Assembly: GCA_963695225.1 (NCBI GenBank)
Contig: OY968762.1
Coordinates: 960,001 to 1,024,000, forward strand
DNA length: 64,000 bases
From: Vulcanimicrobiota bacterium
Lineage (GTDB): Bacteria > Vulcanimicrobiota > Vulcanimicrobiia > Vulcanimicrobiales > Vulcanimicrobiaceae
Reading direction: 5' to 3'
How positions within the stretch are numbered: position 1 is the first letter of the stretch; every line of letters starts with the position of its first letter. Made by a program: the position numbers and the translations under genes. Of this stretch, positions 1-9,010 are shown piece after piece. Under the pieces are notes generated by a model. The model was not told where the DNA came from. It worked only from the letters and a program-made list of their open reading frames with translations, and did not search any database.

Positions 1-497
1 TCGTCGAGGCCGGCCCGCCCCGCACCGCTGACGGCTTGATACGTCGCGACGCGGACGCTGCGCAGGCCGGCGGTGCGCAACACCGGCGCGAGGCCGACGC
101 AGAGCACGATCGCCGTGCAGTTCGCGACCGGAAAGATGCGGTGCTCGTGACGCATCGCATCCGCGTTGACCTCGGGGACGATCAGCGGGATGCCCTCGCG
201 CATGCGGAACGTCGAACTGTTGTCGATCACGACGGCACCGCTCTCGACGCAGGGGGCGGCGAGATCGGCGCTCGCATCTTCGCTGCTCGCGAACAGGACG
301 GCGTCGAAGCGCCCGGCGGCGAGCGCCTCGGCAGTCGCCGCGCGAATCGGAATCGAGCGGCCGCGGAAATGAAACGGGAGCCCGCGGTCGCGGGAGGCGA
401 AAGCCCCGAGTTCGTCGACCGGGACGGCGCGTTCGTCCAGGATCCGGGCGATCGTTTCGCCGACGACGCCGGTGATCCCGACGATTGCGATTCTCAT
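1..497 (-). CDS. asd: Aspartate-semialdehyde dehydrogenase (N-terminal part; runs off window)
   Basis: Manual translation: MRIAIVGITGVVGETI...VIDNSSTFRM...PLIVPEVN...ANCT...VATYQAVSGAG. ATGA overlap with the dapB stop. Confidence 0.93.
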   Translation of the reverse strand, partial: MRIAIVGITGVVGETIARILDERAVPVDELGAFASRDRGLPFHFRGRSIPIRAATAEALAAGRFDAVLFASSEDASADLAAPCVESGAVVIDNSSTFRMREGIPLIVPEVNADAMRHEHRIFPVANCTAIVLCVGLAPVLRTAGLRSVRVATYQAVSGAGRAGLD

Positions 498-1246
498 GCG
501 GTTCCTCCCTCGAGCAATCCGTCGAGACCCACGACGAGTCCGCGCCGGGCGCGAATGCGCCGCACGGCGAGCAGCACGCCCGTCATGAACGAATCGCGCG
601 TGAGCGAATCGTGCCGGATCGTGAGCACCTCGCCCTCGCCCCCGAGCAGCACTTCTTGGTGCGCGACCAGGCCGCGCAGGCGGACGCTGTGGATCGGCAC
701 GTCGGCGTGCGAGGAATGCGCGGCGATACGGCGCGCAGTCAGGCGCGCGGTTCCGCTCGGCTTGTCCAACTTACGGTCGTGGTGCAATTCGACGATCTCG
801 ACGGTGGGGTAATAGCGCGCGGCTTCTTCGGCGAATCGCATCATCAAGACAGCGCCGAGCGCGAAGTTCGGCACGAGGGCCCCGGCCACCCCGAGACGCT
901 CGCACAGTGCCCCAAGCGCGGTCTCGTCTTCGGGGGTCCACCCCGAGACGCCGATCACGGGCGAAGCGCCGCCCTCCAGCGCCGCGCGAGCGACCTCGAG
1001 CGAAGTGGGATAGAGCGTGAAATCGACGACCACCTCGGGCCTGCTCTCGCGCACGAACGCGACGGGATCGTCGTAGAGCCGCCCCACGTCCCCTTCGAGT
1101 CCGACGAGCGGCCCCAACGGTTCTCCGGCCCGGCCGCGATCGAACCCGCCGACGAGTTGCAGATCCTCGGTTGCGTTCACGGCGGCGCAGACCGTCCGCC
1201 CCATGCGGCCGAGCGCCCCCGCCACCCCGACTCGTATCTTCGACAA
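494..1246 (-). CDS. dapB: 4-hydroxy-tetrahydrodipicolinate reductase
   Basis: GALGRMG dinucleotide motif; ELHHDRKLDKPSGTA catalytic motif; next to asd. Confidence 0.95.
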   Translation of the reverse strand: MSKIRVGVAGALGRMGRTVCAAVNATEDLQLVGGFDRGRAGEPLGPLVGLEGDVGRLYDDPVAFVRESRPEVVVDFTLYPTSLEVARAALEGGASPVIGVSGWTPEDETALGALCERLGVAGALVPNFALGAVLMMRFAEEAARYYPTVEIVELHHDRKLDKPSGTARLTARRIAAHSSHADVPIHSVRLRGLVAHQEVLLGGEGEVLTIRHDSLTRDSFMTGVLLAVRRIRARRGLVVGLDGLLEGGTA

Positions 1247-1299
1247 ACCCTACTCCCAAGCGCGCCCGACGATGCGAGCGCATCCCGGGCAAAGTGAAA

Positions 1300-3456
1300 T
1301 TAGACGACCTTCTCGAGGGGCGCGTATTTGAGCATGACCATCTTCGGACCGACGTTCGGGAAGTTGATCGTCAGCAACCCGTCGCCGCCCGCCCCCGCGA
1401 CGTCCGCCACGAGGCCCTCGCCCCATTTCGGATGCCGGACGCGGTCGCCTACCTGCAGGCCGAGGCTCACGCCGGCGCCCGCCGTCTCGTGGATCGAGAC
1501 TTCGCGCCACCGCCCGCCCGTCGCGCGGGGCATCGGGGATGCTCCGCCGAGGACTTCGACGCTCGGCATCTCGTCCAAGAAGCGCGATTTCGGATGCGCG
1601 AACGTGTTGCCGTAGAGCGTCCGCCGCTGCGCATACGAGAGGAAGAGGCGCTCCATCGCGCGGGTCACGCCGACGTAGGCGAGGCGGCGCTCCTCTTCGA
1701 GTTCGCGGCCGTCGGTCAGCGCCCGGTTGTGCGGGAAGACGCCGTCCTCGAGCCCGGTCAGGAAAACGACGGGGAATTCGAGACCCTTCGCCGCGTGCAT
1801 CGTCATCAACGTGACGAACGAGGCGTCGGCGTCGAGGGCGTCGAGATCGCTGACGAGCGCGATGTTCGCGAGGAAATCCTCGAGCGTCCCGGCGTTCTCG
1901 CCTTCTTCGAACTCCTTGGCGACGCCGAGCATCTCTTGCAAATTCTCGAGCCGCGCGCGGGCGTCCGTCGTATCTTCGGACTTCAGTTCGCGGACGTAGC
2001 CGGAATCTTCCATCACCGCCAGGAGGAGTTCCGAGACCGTGAGGACTTCGGCCTTCACGCGAAGATCCGCGATCAGCTCGGCAAACCGCTCGAGCTCCTT
2101 CTGTTTCTTCGGAACCGAACGATGCAGCAGGTCCTTATCGAAGATCGTCTGCCCGACCGATATCTTCGCGGCGTTCGCCGCGTCGACCAGGCTCGCGATC
2201 GTCTGCTGGCCGATGCTCCGGCGCGGCACGTTCACGATGCGCTTGAAGGCGACCGCATCCGACGGATTGACGATGTAGCGCAGATAGGCCATCACGTCTT
2301 TGATTTCGGCGCGCGCGTAGAAGCCGACGCCGCCGACGACGCGATAAGGGATGCCGTCCCCGAGGAACGCTTCCTCGAACACGCGCGACTGCGCGTTCGT
2401 CCGGTAGAGGACGAGGAAATCGCGGTAGGCCGCGCCGTCGCGGACGAGTTCCTTGACCTTCTCGAGGACGTAGCGCGCCTCGGCCCGCTCCGACTCCGTC
2501 GAGAACAGGGTAACCGGCTCGCCGGCGATGCGCTGCGTGAAGAGGCGCTTGGGATGGCGGGTCTCGTTATTGGAGACGAGCTCGTTTGCCGCGGTCAGGA
2601 TCGCCTGGGTGCTGCGATAGTTCTCTTCCAGCTTGAAGACCTTCGCGCCGGGGAAATCCTTCTCGAAGCGGAGGATGTTCTTGTAGTCGCTGCCGCGCCA
2701 CGAATAGATCGATTGATCGTCGTCGCCGACGACCGTGAGATTCTTGTGTTCCTCGGCCAAGATCGCGCACAGGCGGTACTGCGCGAAATTCACGTCCTGG
2801 TATTCGTCGACCAGGATGTAGCGGAATTTGTTCTGATAGCGCGTGCGGGTCTCGACGTCTTCTTCGAGGAGGCGGATCGTCTGCGAGATCAGGTCGTCGA
2901 AATCGAGACCGTTGCTTTCGCGCAGGCGCCGGTCGTACTCGCGGTAGACCGCGGCGACCCGTTCGCCGTTGAAAGACGTGTTGCGCGTCTCGTACTCGTC
3001 GGGGCCGAGCAAGGCGTTCTTCGCCTTGCTGATCTCCTCGAGAGCCGCACCGGGCGTGAGTTGGCGCTCGTCGAAATCCAGATCGTGAAGGACGTCGCGG
3101 ACGATGGACCGCTGGTCGGCGTCGTCCATGATCGCGAAATTCGGCGAGATGCCGATCTTTCGTCCGTCGCGGCGCAAGATGCGCACGCAGATCGCGTGGA
3201 ACGTGCCGGCCCAGAGGTCCCGGGCGGGAGCCCCGACCATCTCCTCGAGCCGACTCCTCAACTCACCGGCCGCACGATTCGTGAAGGTGACGGCCAGGAT
3301 GCGGTCCGGAAAGACCTTCTTCTCCAGCAAGTGGGCGATCCGGTGCGTGAGGACGCGGGTCTTCCCGCTGCCGGCGCCGGCGAAGATGAGCACCGGGCCA
3401 TCGGTCTCAAGAACGGCGTCGCGCTGGACGTCGTTCAAAGCGTCATAATGAACCAT
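1300..3456 (-). CDS. pcrA: PcrA/UvrD SF1 DNA helicase
   Basis: AGAGSGKT, VDEYQD, VGDDDQSIY, LEENYRS, HAAKGLEF, EEERRLAYVGVTRA and C-terminal GDRVRHPKWGEG. Start placed at MVHYDALN. Confidence 0.95.
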   Translation of the reverse strand: MVHYDALNDVQRDAVLETDGPVLIFAGAGSGKTRVLTHRIAHLLEKKVFPDRILAVTFTNRAAGELRSRLEEMVGAPARDLWAGTFHAICVRILRRDGRKIGISPNFAIMDDADQRSIVRDVLHDLDFDERQLTPGAALEEISKAKNALLGPDEYETRNTSFNGERVAAVYREYDRRLRESNGLDFDDLISQTIRLLEEDVETRTRYQNKFRYILVDEYQDVNFAQYRLCAILAEEHKNLTVVGDDDQSIYSWRGSDYKNILRFEKDFPGAKVFKLEENYRSTQAILTAANELVSNNETRHPKRLFTQRIAGEPVTLFSTESERAEARYVLEKVKELVRDGAAYRDFLVLYRTNAQSRVFEEAFLGDGIPYRVVGGVGFYARAEIKDVMAYLRYIVNPSDAVAFKRIVNVPRRSIGQQTIASLVDAANAAKISVGQTIFDKDLLHRSVPKKQKELERFAELIADLRVKAEVLTVSELLLAVMEDSGYVRELKSEDTTDARARLENLQEMLGVAKEFEEGENAGTLEDFLANIALVSDLDALDADASFVTLMTMHAAKGLEFPVVFLTGLEDGVFPHNRALTDGRELEEERRLAYVGVTRAMERLFLSYAQRRTLYGNTFAHPKSRFLDEMPSVEVLGGASPMPRATGGRWREVSIHETAGAGVSLGLQVGDRVRHPKWGEGLVADVAGAGGDGLLTINFPNVGPKMVMLKYAPLEKVV

Positions 3457-3505
3457 CTTCCCTATGTGTTCGCCGCCGAGGCCCTCCGCGCCTCGGGCGC
3501 CGCGG

Positions 3506-4579
3506 CTATGGGCTTTGCGCGTGCCGCGCGGCCCGGCCGGCGAGCGCGAACGCACTCCATAGGTACGCGAGCGTCGACTCGGCGCCCATGTTGTCGTTCG
3601 GGCCGAATTCCTCGAGGCCGTCGCAGCATCCGCCGTCCCGAACGAGCGGGATGCCGAGCGTGTTCGCTCCGTGGAACCAATCAAAGGCCGCCCGGGCAAC
3701 CCGCTCCCAGCGCGGGTTGCGATCCGTCTCCGCTGCGACGAGGGCGAGATCGATCATTCCAGCCGCTTCGAGCGGCTGTTGCGAATAGATCGCGCGCGGG
3801 CCGCCGCGCTGATACCATCCGTCGTTACCGATCGGGACGAAGAGACCGTCCCGCATGACCACGCCGGCGAGGAATTCGGCCGACGCGAGCCCGATGCGCA
3901 GCAGTTCGCGGTCCCCGAACGCGCCGCCGAGACGGATCATCGCCTCCGGCAAACGCGCGTTGTCGTACGTCATCCGCGGCTCGAACCACTCCCAGCCGCC
4001 GGCGCGGTGCCGCTCGAACGCGCCCCGGAGTTCGGCGGAGACGTGGGCGGCGGCCCGGGCGATCGACGTCTCCTGCAGGTACGGATGGGGGCCGCCCTCC
4101 GCGCGAGCGATGCCGAGCGCCGCGAACGCGCACGAACGGGGAAAGCGGAACGACGCGACGGCGGGGAGCGCGCGGTCGAGCATCCGGGCGCAGAGCGTCC
4201 GCCACCGCGCCTTCGGCGCATGCCGCACGCCGTACCCGAGCGCCCAGATCGCGCGCCCGTTGGAATCGTCGCTGCCGACTTCCTCGATCCACGTGCGCTC
4301 GTAGCTCATGAAGTTCCGAAAGCGCCCGTCCGGCCGCTGCGCGTGATGGAGGAACGCGAGATAGGTGCCGGCGAGGCGCAGCGCCGCCTCGGAGTACTCC
4401 GGCTCGCTCGCGGCCGCGATCGCGACCATGAACGCCCGCGCCACGTCGTCGACGCAGTACCCTTCGGCGCGGTTGGGCACGCAGTACGTCGCGTGTTGCG
4501 AGATGCCCACGTCGTCGCTGAGCGCGATCAAGTGGTCGAGCGCCGGAAGCGCGCGATCGGTTATGGCGAGCACGGTCAC
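3506..4579 (-). CDS. Six-hairpin glycosidase-like protein resembling the C-terminal module usually fused to GT4 enzymes
   Basis: GYCVDDVARA, GRFRNFMSYER, TYDNARLPEA, QQPLEA, GAESTLAYL; GTGA overlap with the upstream GT4 stop. Confidence 0.7.
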   Translation of the reverse strand: MTVLAITDRALPALDHLIALSDDVGISQHATYCVPNRAEGYCVDDVARAFMVAIAAASEPEYSEAALRLAGTYLAFLHHAQRPDGRFRNFMSYERTWIEEVGSDDSNGRAIWALGYGVRHAPKARWRTLCARMLDRALPAVASFRFPRSCAFAALGIARAEGGPHPYLQETSIARAAAHVSAELRGAFERHRAGGWEWFEPRMTYDNARLPEAMIRLGGAFGDRELLRIGLASAEFLAGVVMRDGLFVPIGNDGWYQRGGPRAIYSQQPLEAAGMIDLALVAAETDRNPRWERVARAAFDWFHGANTLGIPLVRDGGCCDGLEEFGPNDNMGAESTLAYLWSAFALAGRAARHAQSP

Positions 4580-5775
4580 GCGGTTCTCTTGGCCAGGCGG
4601 ATCGGCGCCAACTCGCGGAACAGCTGGAGATGCTGGAGCGAAACGTGGCTCCACGTCATCGAGCGGCCGAACTCATAGGCTCGTTGCGAGATCGTCCGGC
4701 GCAACGCCGGGGCGTCCAGCAGGGCGAGGAGTTGCGTCGCGATCGAGTCGCCGTCGCGGAAGGCCGCGAGCAAACCGCGCTGGTCGGCGAGGAGCTCCTT
4801 CGCATACACGTACGGCGTCGAGACGATCGCCTTCCCGCAGCCGACGGCATAGGCGAGGGTTCCGCTGACGATCTGAACGGGATTCACGTACGGCGTCAGG
4901 TAGATATCGGTCGCCCGCAGGTAACCGATCAACTCGTCGAACCCGAGATAGCGATCGATCAGCCGGACGTGGCGCTCGAGGCCGTAGCTGCAAATCCGCT
5001 CCTTGAGGCTCTCCCGGTAGACTTCGCCTTCGCTCCGCCGCACCTCGGGGTGCGTCTCGCCGAGGATCAGATACATCACTTCCGGGTGGCGCGGGACGAC
5101 GGCCCGCAACGCGTCGATCGCGAACTCGAGTCCCTTTCCGCGGTTGATCAGGCCGAACGTCGAAATCAGCGTGCGCCCGCCGCAACCGAGCCCGCGCTTC
5201 GCGACGTCCGTCGGTTCGAACGGAACGTCGGGGACGCCGTGCGGGATGACGCGCAGCTTCCTGCGATCGATCCCATAATCGGAGACCAAGATCTTCTTCC
5301 CCGCCTCGGAGAGGACGACTACGGCGTCGGCGCGGGCGCACAGGCGGCGCGCCGTCAAGCGATGGTGTTCGCTCGGATCGGGAAGGACGGTGTGCAAGGA
5401 GAGCACGAGCGGAGCGTGGAGCCGGTCGAGCAAGTCGAAGATGCGCTCGCCGTCTTCGCCGCCGAAGAGGCCGTACTCGTGCTGGATATGGACGACGTCG
5501 GGAGCGAGCGAGGCGATCGTGTCGGCGGCAAGCGCGTACGTCTCGGGCCGGTCGCGGACGATCCGGGCGACGACTTCGGACGGGTACGAGCGGACGAGGT
5601 CCGGCCGCTCGTCGATCGCCACGACCCAGTGCGGCGTGGTCGTCAGCGCTCCGAACGAGGAAACGACGTCCTTCGTGAAGGTCGCAATGCCGCATTCACG
5701 AGGGGGATAGGATCCGATAAATACGGCTTTCGGCGCTCGGGCGAGGTATGGCTCGGGCAGGGGGAGCGTAAGCAT
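4576..5775 (-). CDS. Glycosyltransferase family 4
   Basis: SYPPRECGIATFT, IQHEYGLFGG, IPHGVP, FGLINRGKG, SGTLAYAVGCG. Confidence 0.88.
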   Translation of the reverse strand: MLTLPLPEPYLARAPKAVFIGSYPPRECGIATFTKDVVSSFGALTTTPHWVVAIDERPDLVRSYPSEVVARIVRDRPETYALAADTIASLAPDVVHIQHEYGLFGGEDGERIFDLLDRLHAPLVLSLHTVLPDPSEHHRLTARRLCARADAVVVLSEAGKKILVSDYGIDRRKLRVIPHGVPDVPFEPTDVAKRGLGCGGRTLISTFGLINRGKGLEFAIDALRAVVPRHPEVMYLILGETHPEVRRSEGEVYRESLKERICSYGLERHVRLIDRYLGFDELIGYLRATDIYLTPYVNPVQIVSGTLAYAVGCGKAIVSTPYVYAKELLADQRGLLAAFRDGDSIATQLLALLDAPALRRTISQRAYEFGRSMTWSHVSLQHLQLFRELAPIRLAKRTA

Positions 5776-5850
5776 GGGGCCTCCGATTCGGCTCGATCGT
5801 GCGCCCGAGGATGGGCCCAACGAAACCGCGGTGGGAGCCGCGTGCGCCCC

Positions 5851-6906
5851 TTAGACCGGCGCGGCCGGCCCTGGGATGCGCGCGCCTCGTTTAACCAATG
5901 TACCCATTTCTACGACCGCATCATGCCCGATCACGGCGCCTGCCTCGATCGTCGCCCCGGCGCCGACCCGGACGCGGCTCGCCAGGATCGCCCCTTCAAT
6001 GCTCGCACCCGGCCCCACGACGACGTCGTCCCACAGGATCGACCTCGAGATCCGCGCGCCCGCCGCGACGCGGCTGCCGGCGCCGATCACGGCATCCGGC
6101 CCGAGGACCGCGCCGGGTTCGATCGTCGCGCCCGGGTCGACGTGGATCGTTCCGCTCGTCCCTGCGAACTGCCGGACGGAAGGGACGCCCGGCAAGACCA
6201 GCCGCCCCGCGAGAACGTCGCTGTGCGCCTGGAGGTAATGCTCCGGCCGGCCGAGATCGATCCAGTAGTCGGCCGTCATGTAACCGTGCAGCGGCGTGCG
6301 GACGGCCAGCAGCAGCGGAAACGTCTCGCGTTCGATCGAGACGGGGCGCCCGGCCGGGATCGCATCGAGGATGTCGCGCTCGAGCAAATAGGTTCCGGCG
6401 TTGATTGCGTTCGTCGGGGCGGTTTCGCGCGCCGGCTTTTCGATGAAGGTCGAAATGCGGCCGGACGCGTCGCGCACGACGCAACCGAACGCCGAAGGGT
6501 CGTCGACGGCGATGAGGTGCAGGGCGCCGAGGCCGCCCTTTTCGCGGTGGAAGGCGAGCATCGCGCGCAGGTCGAGGCCGGTGAGGACGTCGCCGTTGAG
6601 AACGAAGAACGGCCCCTTGATCAGGTGCTCGATGTTCTTGAGCGCGCCCGCGGTTCCGAGCGGGACGTCCTCGATCACGTAGGTGAGGTTCATGCCGAAG
6701 CGTTCGCCGGTCCCAAAATACGACGCGATCGCTTCCGGGAGATAGCCGGCCGGCAGAATCACTTCCGTGATCCCCGCGTCCTTCAACCGCAGCAACGTGC
6801 GCTCCAAGAACGGGACGCCGAAGATGGGGACCATCGGCTTCGGTGTGCCGTACGTCAGCGGCCGAAGCCGCGTTCCCTCGCCCCCGACTAGGACGACTGC
6901 CTGCAA
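5851..6906 (-). CDS. NDP-sugar pyrophosphorylase, mannose-1-phosphate guanylyltransferase-like
   Basis: VGGEGTRLRPLT..PKP, LGTAGA, NGD, C-terminal hexapeptide repeats. TTG start behind a GGAGG RBS. Confidence 0.85.
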   Translation of the reverse strand: MQAVVLVGGEGTRLRPLTYGTPKPMVPIFGVPFLERTLLRLKDAGITEVILPAGYLPEAIASYFGTGERFGMNLTYVIEDVPLGTAGALKNIEHLIKGPFFVLNGDVLTGLDLRAMLAFHREKGGLGALHLIAVDDPSAFGCVVRDASGRISTFIEKPARETAPTNAINAGTYLLERDILDAIPAGRPVSIERETFPLLLAVRTPLHGYMTADYWIDLGRPEHYLQAHSDVLAGRLVLPGVPSVRQFAGTSGTIHVDPGATIEPGAVLGPDAVIGAGSRVAAGARISRSILWDDVVVGPGASIEGAILASRVRVGAGATIEAGAVIGHDAVVEMGTLVKRGARIPGPAAPV

Positions 6907-7058
6907 GACCTGCCTCCCACGTATGCGCCCATCCTTCGATTTGCCCGCAGCGCTTAATCTATACCTTCCCATATGTCCGCTTCGATGCTCCGCTCAAACA
7001 CTGAAGCGCGCAAACATGCCCTTCGGCAATCGAACGCAGGAATTTCCAATCGCATGAT

Positions 7059-7072
7059 CGAACATATGTTCG
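7059..7072. promoter_or_regulatory. Gram-positive-type LexA (SOS) box CGAAC-ATAT-GTTCG inside a perfect 28-bp palindrome (7052-7079)
   Basis: gcatgatCGAACatatGTTCGatcatgc, ending 3 nt before the HNH ATG at 7076. Confidence 0.75.
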
Positions 7073-7075
7073 ATC

Positions 7076-7492
7076 ATGCCTCGTTACGACTGGGCTGCCG
7101 TACAACGGTATTACGACGAAGGGAACAGCTATCGAAGGTGCCGGGCGCACTTTGGATTCTCATCGGGATCGTGGACTAAAGCAGTCCGACGCGGTGTCCT
7201 GAAAGCGCGAGCCCGAACGAAGCCCCTTGCCGAACTCCTGCAGACTGCAAAGAGCCGGCATGCCATCAAGCGTCGCTTGCTCGAGGCTGGTATACTGAGA
7301 AATTGCTGCGACTTATGCGGAAGAAGCTAGTGGAGGGGTCTGCCATTGTCCGTCCAACTCGACCACCTCAATGGCGTTCATGACGACCATCGCTTAGAGA
7401 ATTTGAGGATGCTCTGCCCGAACTGCCACAGCCAAACCGATACGTTCGCAGCTCGTAATCGGAACAAGCAATCCCGGTTGATGCAACGGTAG
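7076..7492 (+). pseudogene. HNH endonuclease interrupted by an in-frame TAG at 7328-7330
   Basis: Frame continues after the stop: CDLCGRS*WRGLPLSVQLDHLNGVHDDHRLENLRMLCPNCHSQTDTF. Terminal TAG lies inside tRNA-Gln. Confidence 0.85.
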
Positions 7493-7545
7493 CATGCCTG
7501 ACTCTGACTCAGGTCATCGTGGTTCGAATCCATGACCGGGAGCCA
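7472..7545 (+). tRNA. tRNA-Gln(CTG)
   Basis: Acceptor TCCCGGT/ACCGGGA, anticodon arm CCTGA-CT-CTG-AC-TCAGG, GGTTCGAATCC T-arm, encoded CCA. Confidence 0.95.
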
Positions 7546-7549
7546 TCGC

Positions 7550-7625
7550 GGCCCTATCGTCTAGAGGCCTAGGACGCCGCCCTCTCACGGCGGTAACACG
7601 GGTTCGAATCCCGTTGGGGCTACCA
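7550..7625 (+). tRNA. tRNA-Glu(CTC)
   Basis: Anticodon arm CCGCC-CT-CTC-AC-GGCGG, GGTTCGAATCC T-arm, encoded CCA. Confidence 0.95.
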
Positions 7626-7696
7626 ATCTGCGCCTTTTTCCATGCCGCTTTCCGGAGAACGGGCGCCCGAGAACCGGACTAGGATCGGACAGAGTC

Positions 7697-7724
7697 AAAA
7701 GCCCGGCCGAAGTTAGCCGGGCTT
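7697..7724 (-). terminator. Hairpin / possible intrinsic terminator downstream of the tRNAs
   Basis: AAGCCCGGC-8 nt loop-GCCGGGCTT, with a T run on the minus strand. Confidence 0.45.
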
Positions 7725-8161
7725 CGGGCCGCCGGATGCATCCTACGAGGGAAACGGCGCCACAAGTCCGGTTTGAAACCCTCGGCCCGCATTTCTAGAG
7801 GCGCCGGGCGAGGGGATCCGCTCGATGAGGAGCCCCTCGTTGGGCGGCGTCGCTGCCGGATAGTGCGGAGCGGTTGGTTTGGACCCCACACGAGATCGAT
7901 GAGATCGGAAGTTTGGCGCGTCCAAACATATCCGCCGGGGGGCGAAGGCTTACCAATGCACCCGGCCAATCCACAAGGTTTCGTGCAGTCACTTCCCGTA
8001 GCGGTTGTCCTCGCTAAAGACGCCGTACACCAGTTCTGCCGCGAGCCCGACACACAGCATTTGCAAGAACACTTCGGGACACACTGGCAAACACGAGTGC
8101 GCCACCTGCAAGCTGATTCTCTCGTAGATTCTACTGCATACCGAGTCGGAGGAAAGCTGCG

Positions 8162-8515
8162 ATGGATCCGATCCAGGACTCAGCCCAACTCGAGCAGGGC
8201 GCGCTGGCGTCCCTGAACGCTGAAGAAGTTGGGCTGCAAGCGACGTTAAACACGAATGCGCTCACGTCTTGGGAGTCGTCCTCTCAAATCCAAGGCGCAA
8301 TCAATCAGCTCAATGGGTATCTTGGCAAGTTTTGGGCATACCGCGCGACGGCGAACGACCTACTGGCCCGCGGACGGCCTGCGTACTCGCAAAAGCTCGA
8401 GACGTTGATTGGGCGAGTGCAGTTTAACCTGCAGACTCTTCAGTTGTCGTATCAAAGCAAACGCGCCTATGAGAGCGCGATGGGCGGCCCATCCGTCATC
8501 ATCCGCCCATTTTAA
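8162..8515 (+). CDS. Hypothetical helical protein
   Basis: GGAGG RBS upstream; protein-like composition; more AT-rich codons than the flanks. Confidence 0.6.
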   Translation: MDPIQDSAQLEQGALASLNAEEVGLQATLNTNALTSWESSSQIQGAINQLNGYLGKFWAYRATANDLLARGRPAYSQKLETLIGRVQFNLQTLQLSYQSKRAYESAMGGPSVIIRPF

Positions 8516-8678
8516 GGGGCGCGCCAAGTCCTTCGAGCGATAGATAGCGACGTTGCAGCGCCTCTCTGCGGTTGTCACCGGCTGAGAACAAAACCGGTGT
8601 CGACGGTCGTTCATACGTCACTCCGCGGGACACGATCACCGTATCCCGCGGGGTGATTCCAAAACCGAAAGGGATGTC

Positions 8679-8912
8679 ATGGCGAAGTGTCACTACTGTA
8701 ACGGAACCGGCTGGTTCAAGTGCAATGAATGTGCCGGCACCGGGTTGGATGGAACCTGTCCAGAGTGCCACGGAACGGGAGTCAATCGCCTGCAGTTGAC
8801 GTGTGGCACGTGCGGCGGCAAAGGAAGACTCAAGTGCAACACGTGCGGCAACACGGATCACGTCGGTAAGATGAGGTGTCCGCATTGCAACGGTTCCGGC
8901 ACCGAGCCCTAA
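8679..8912 (+). CDS. Small DnaJ-type Cys-rich zinc-finger protein
   Basis: Six CxxC motifs, five matching CxxCxGxG; AAGGGA RBS. Confidence 0.7.
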   Translation: MAKCHYCNGTGWFKCNECAGTGLDGTCPECHGTGVNRLQLTCGTCGGKGRLKCNTCGNTDHVGKMRCPHCNGSGTEP

Positions 8913-9010
8913 GCCACTTTACCGGCTCGCGCGGCGAAGAGGCCGGGATCGAGAGGCCGGCCCTCCGGTGGATGAAGGCGGACGTGTAGCGTCAAAGCTG
9001 AATCGCCGTC

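Noticed and set aside
3459..3472. SOS box upstream of pcrA
   Set aside because: Only one half-site (GTTCG) matches.
1171..3858. Long antisense/shadow ORFs (for example 1171-3858, 4630-6891, 12036-14255, 23027-24970, 44587-47148)
   Set aside because: They lie opposite well-supported genes and have Arg/Ala-rich, motif-free translations typical of high-GC shadows.
7472..7545. Amber suppressor tRNA explaining the HNH TAG
   Set aside because: Anticodon is CTG (normal Gln), not CTA, and TAG is used as a normal stop elsewhere in the window.
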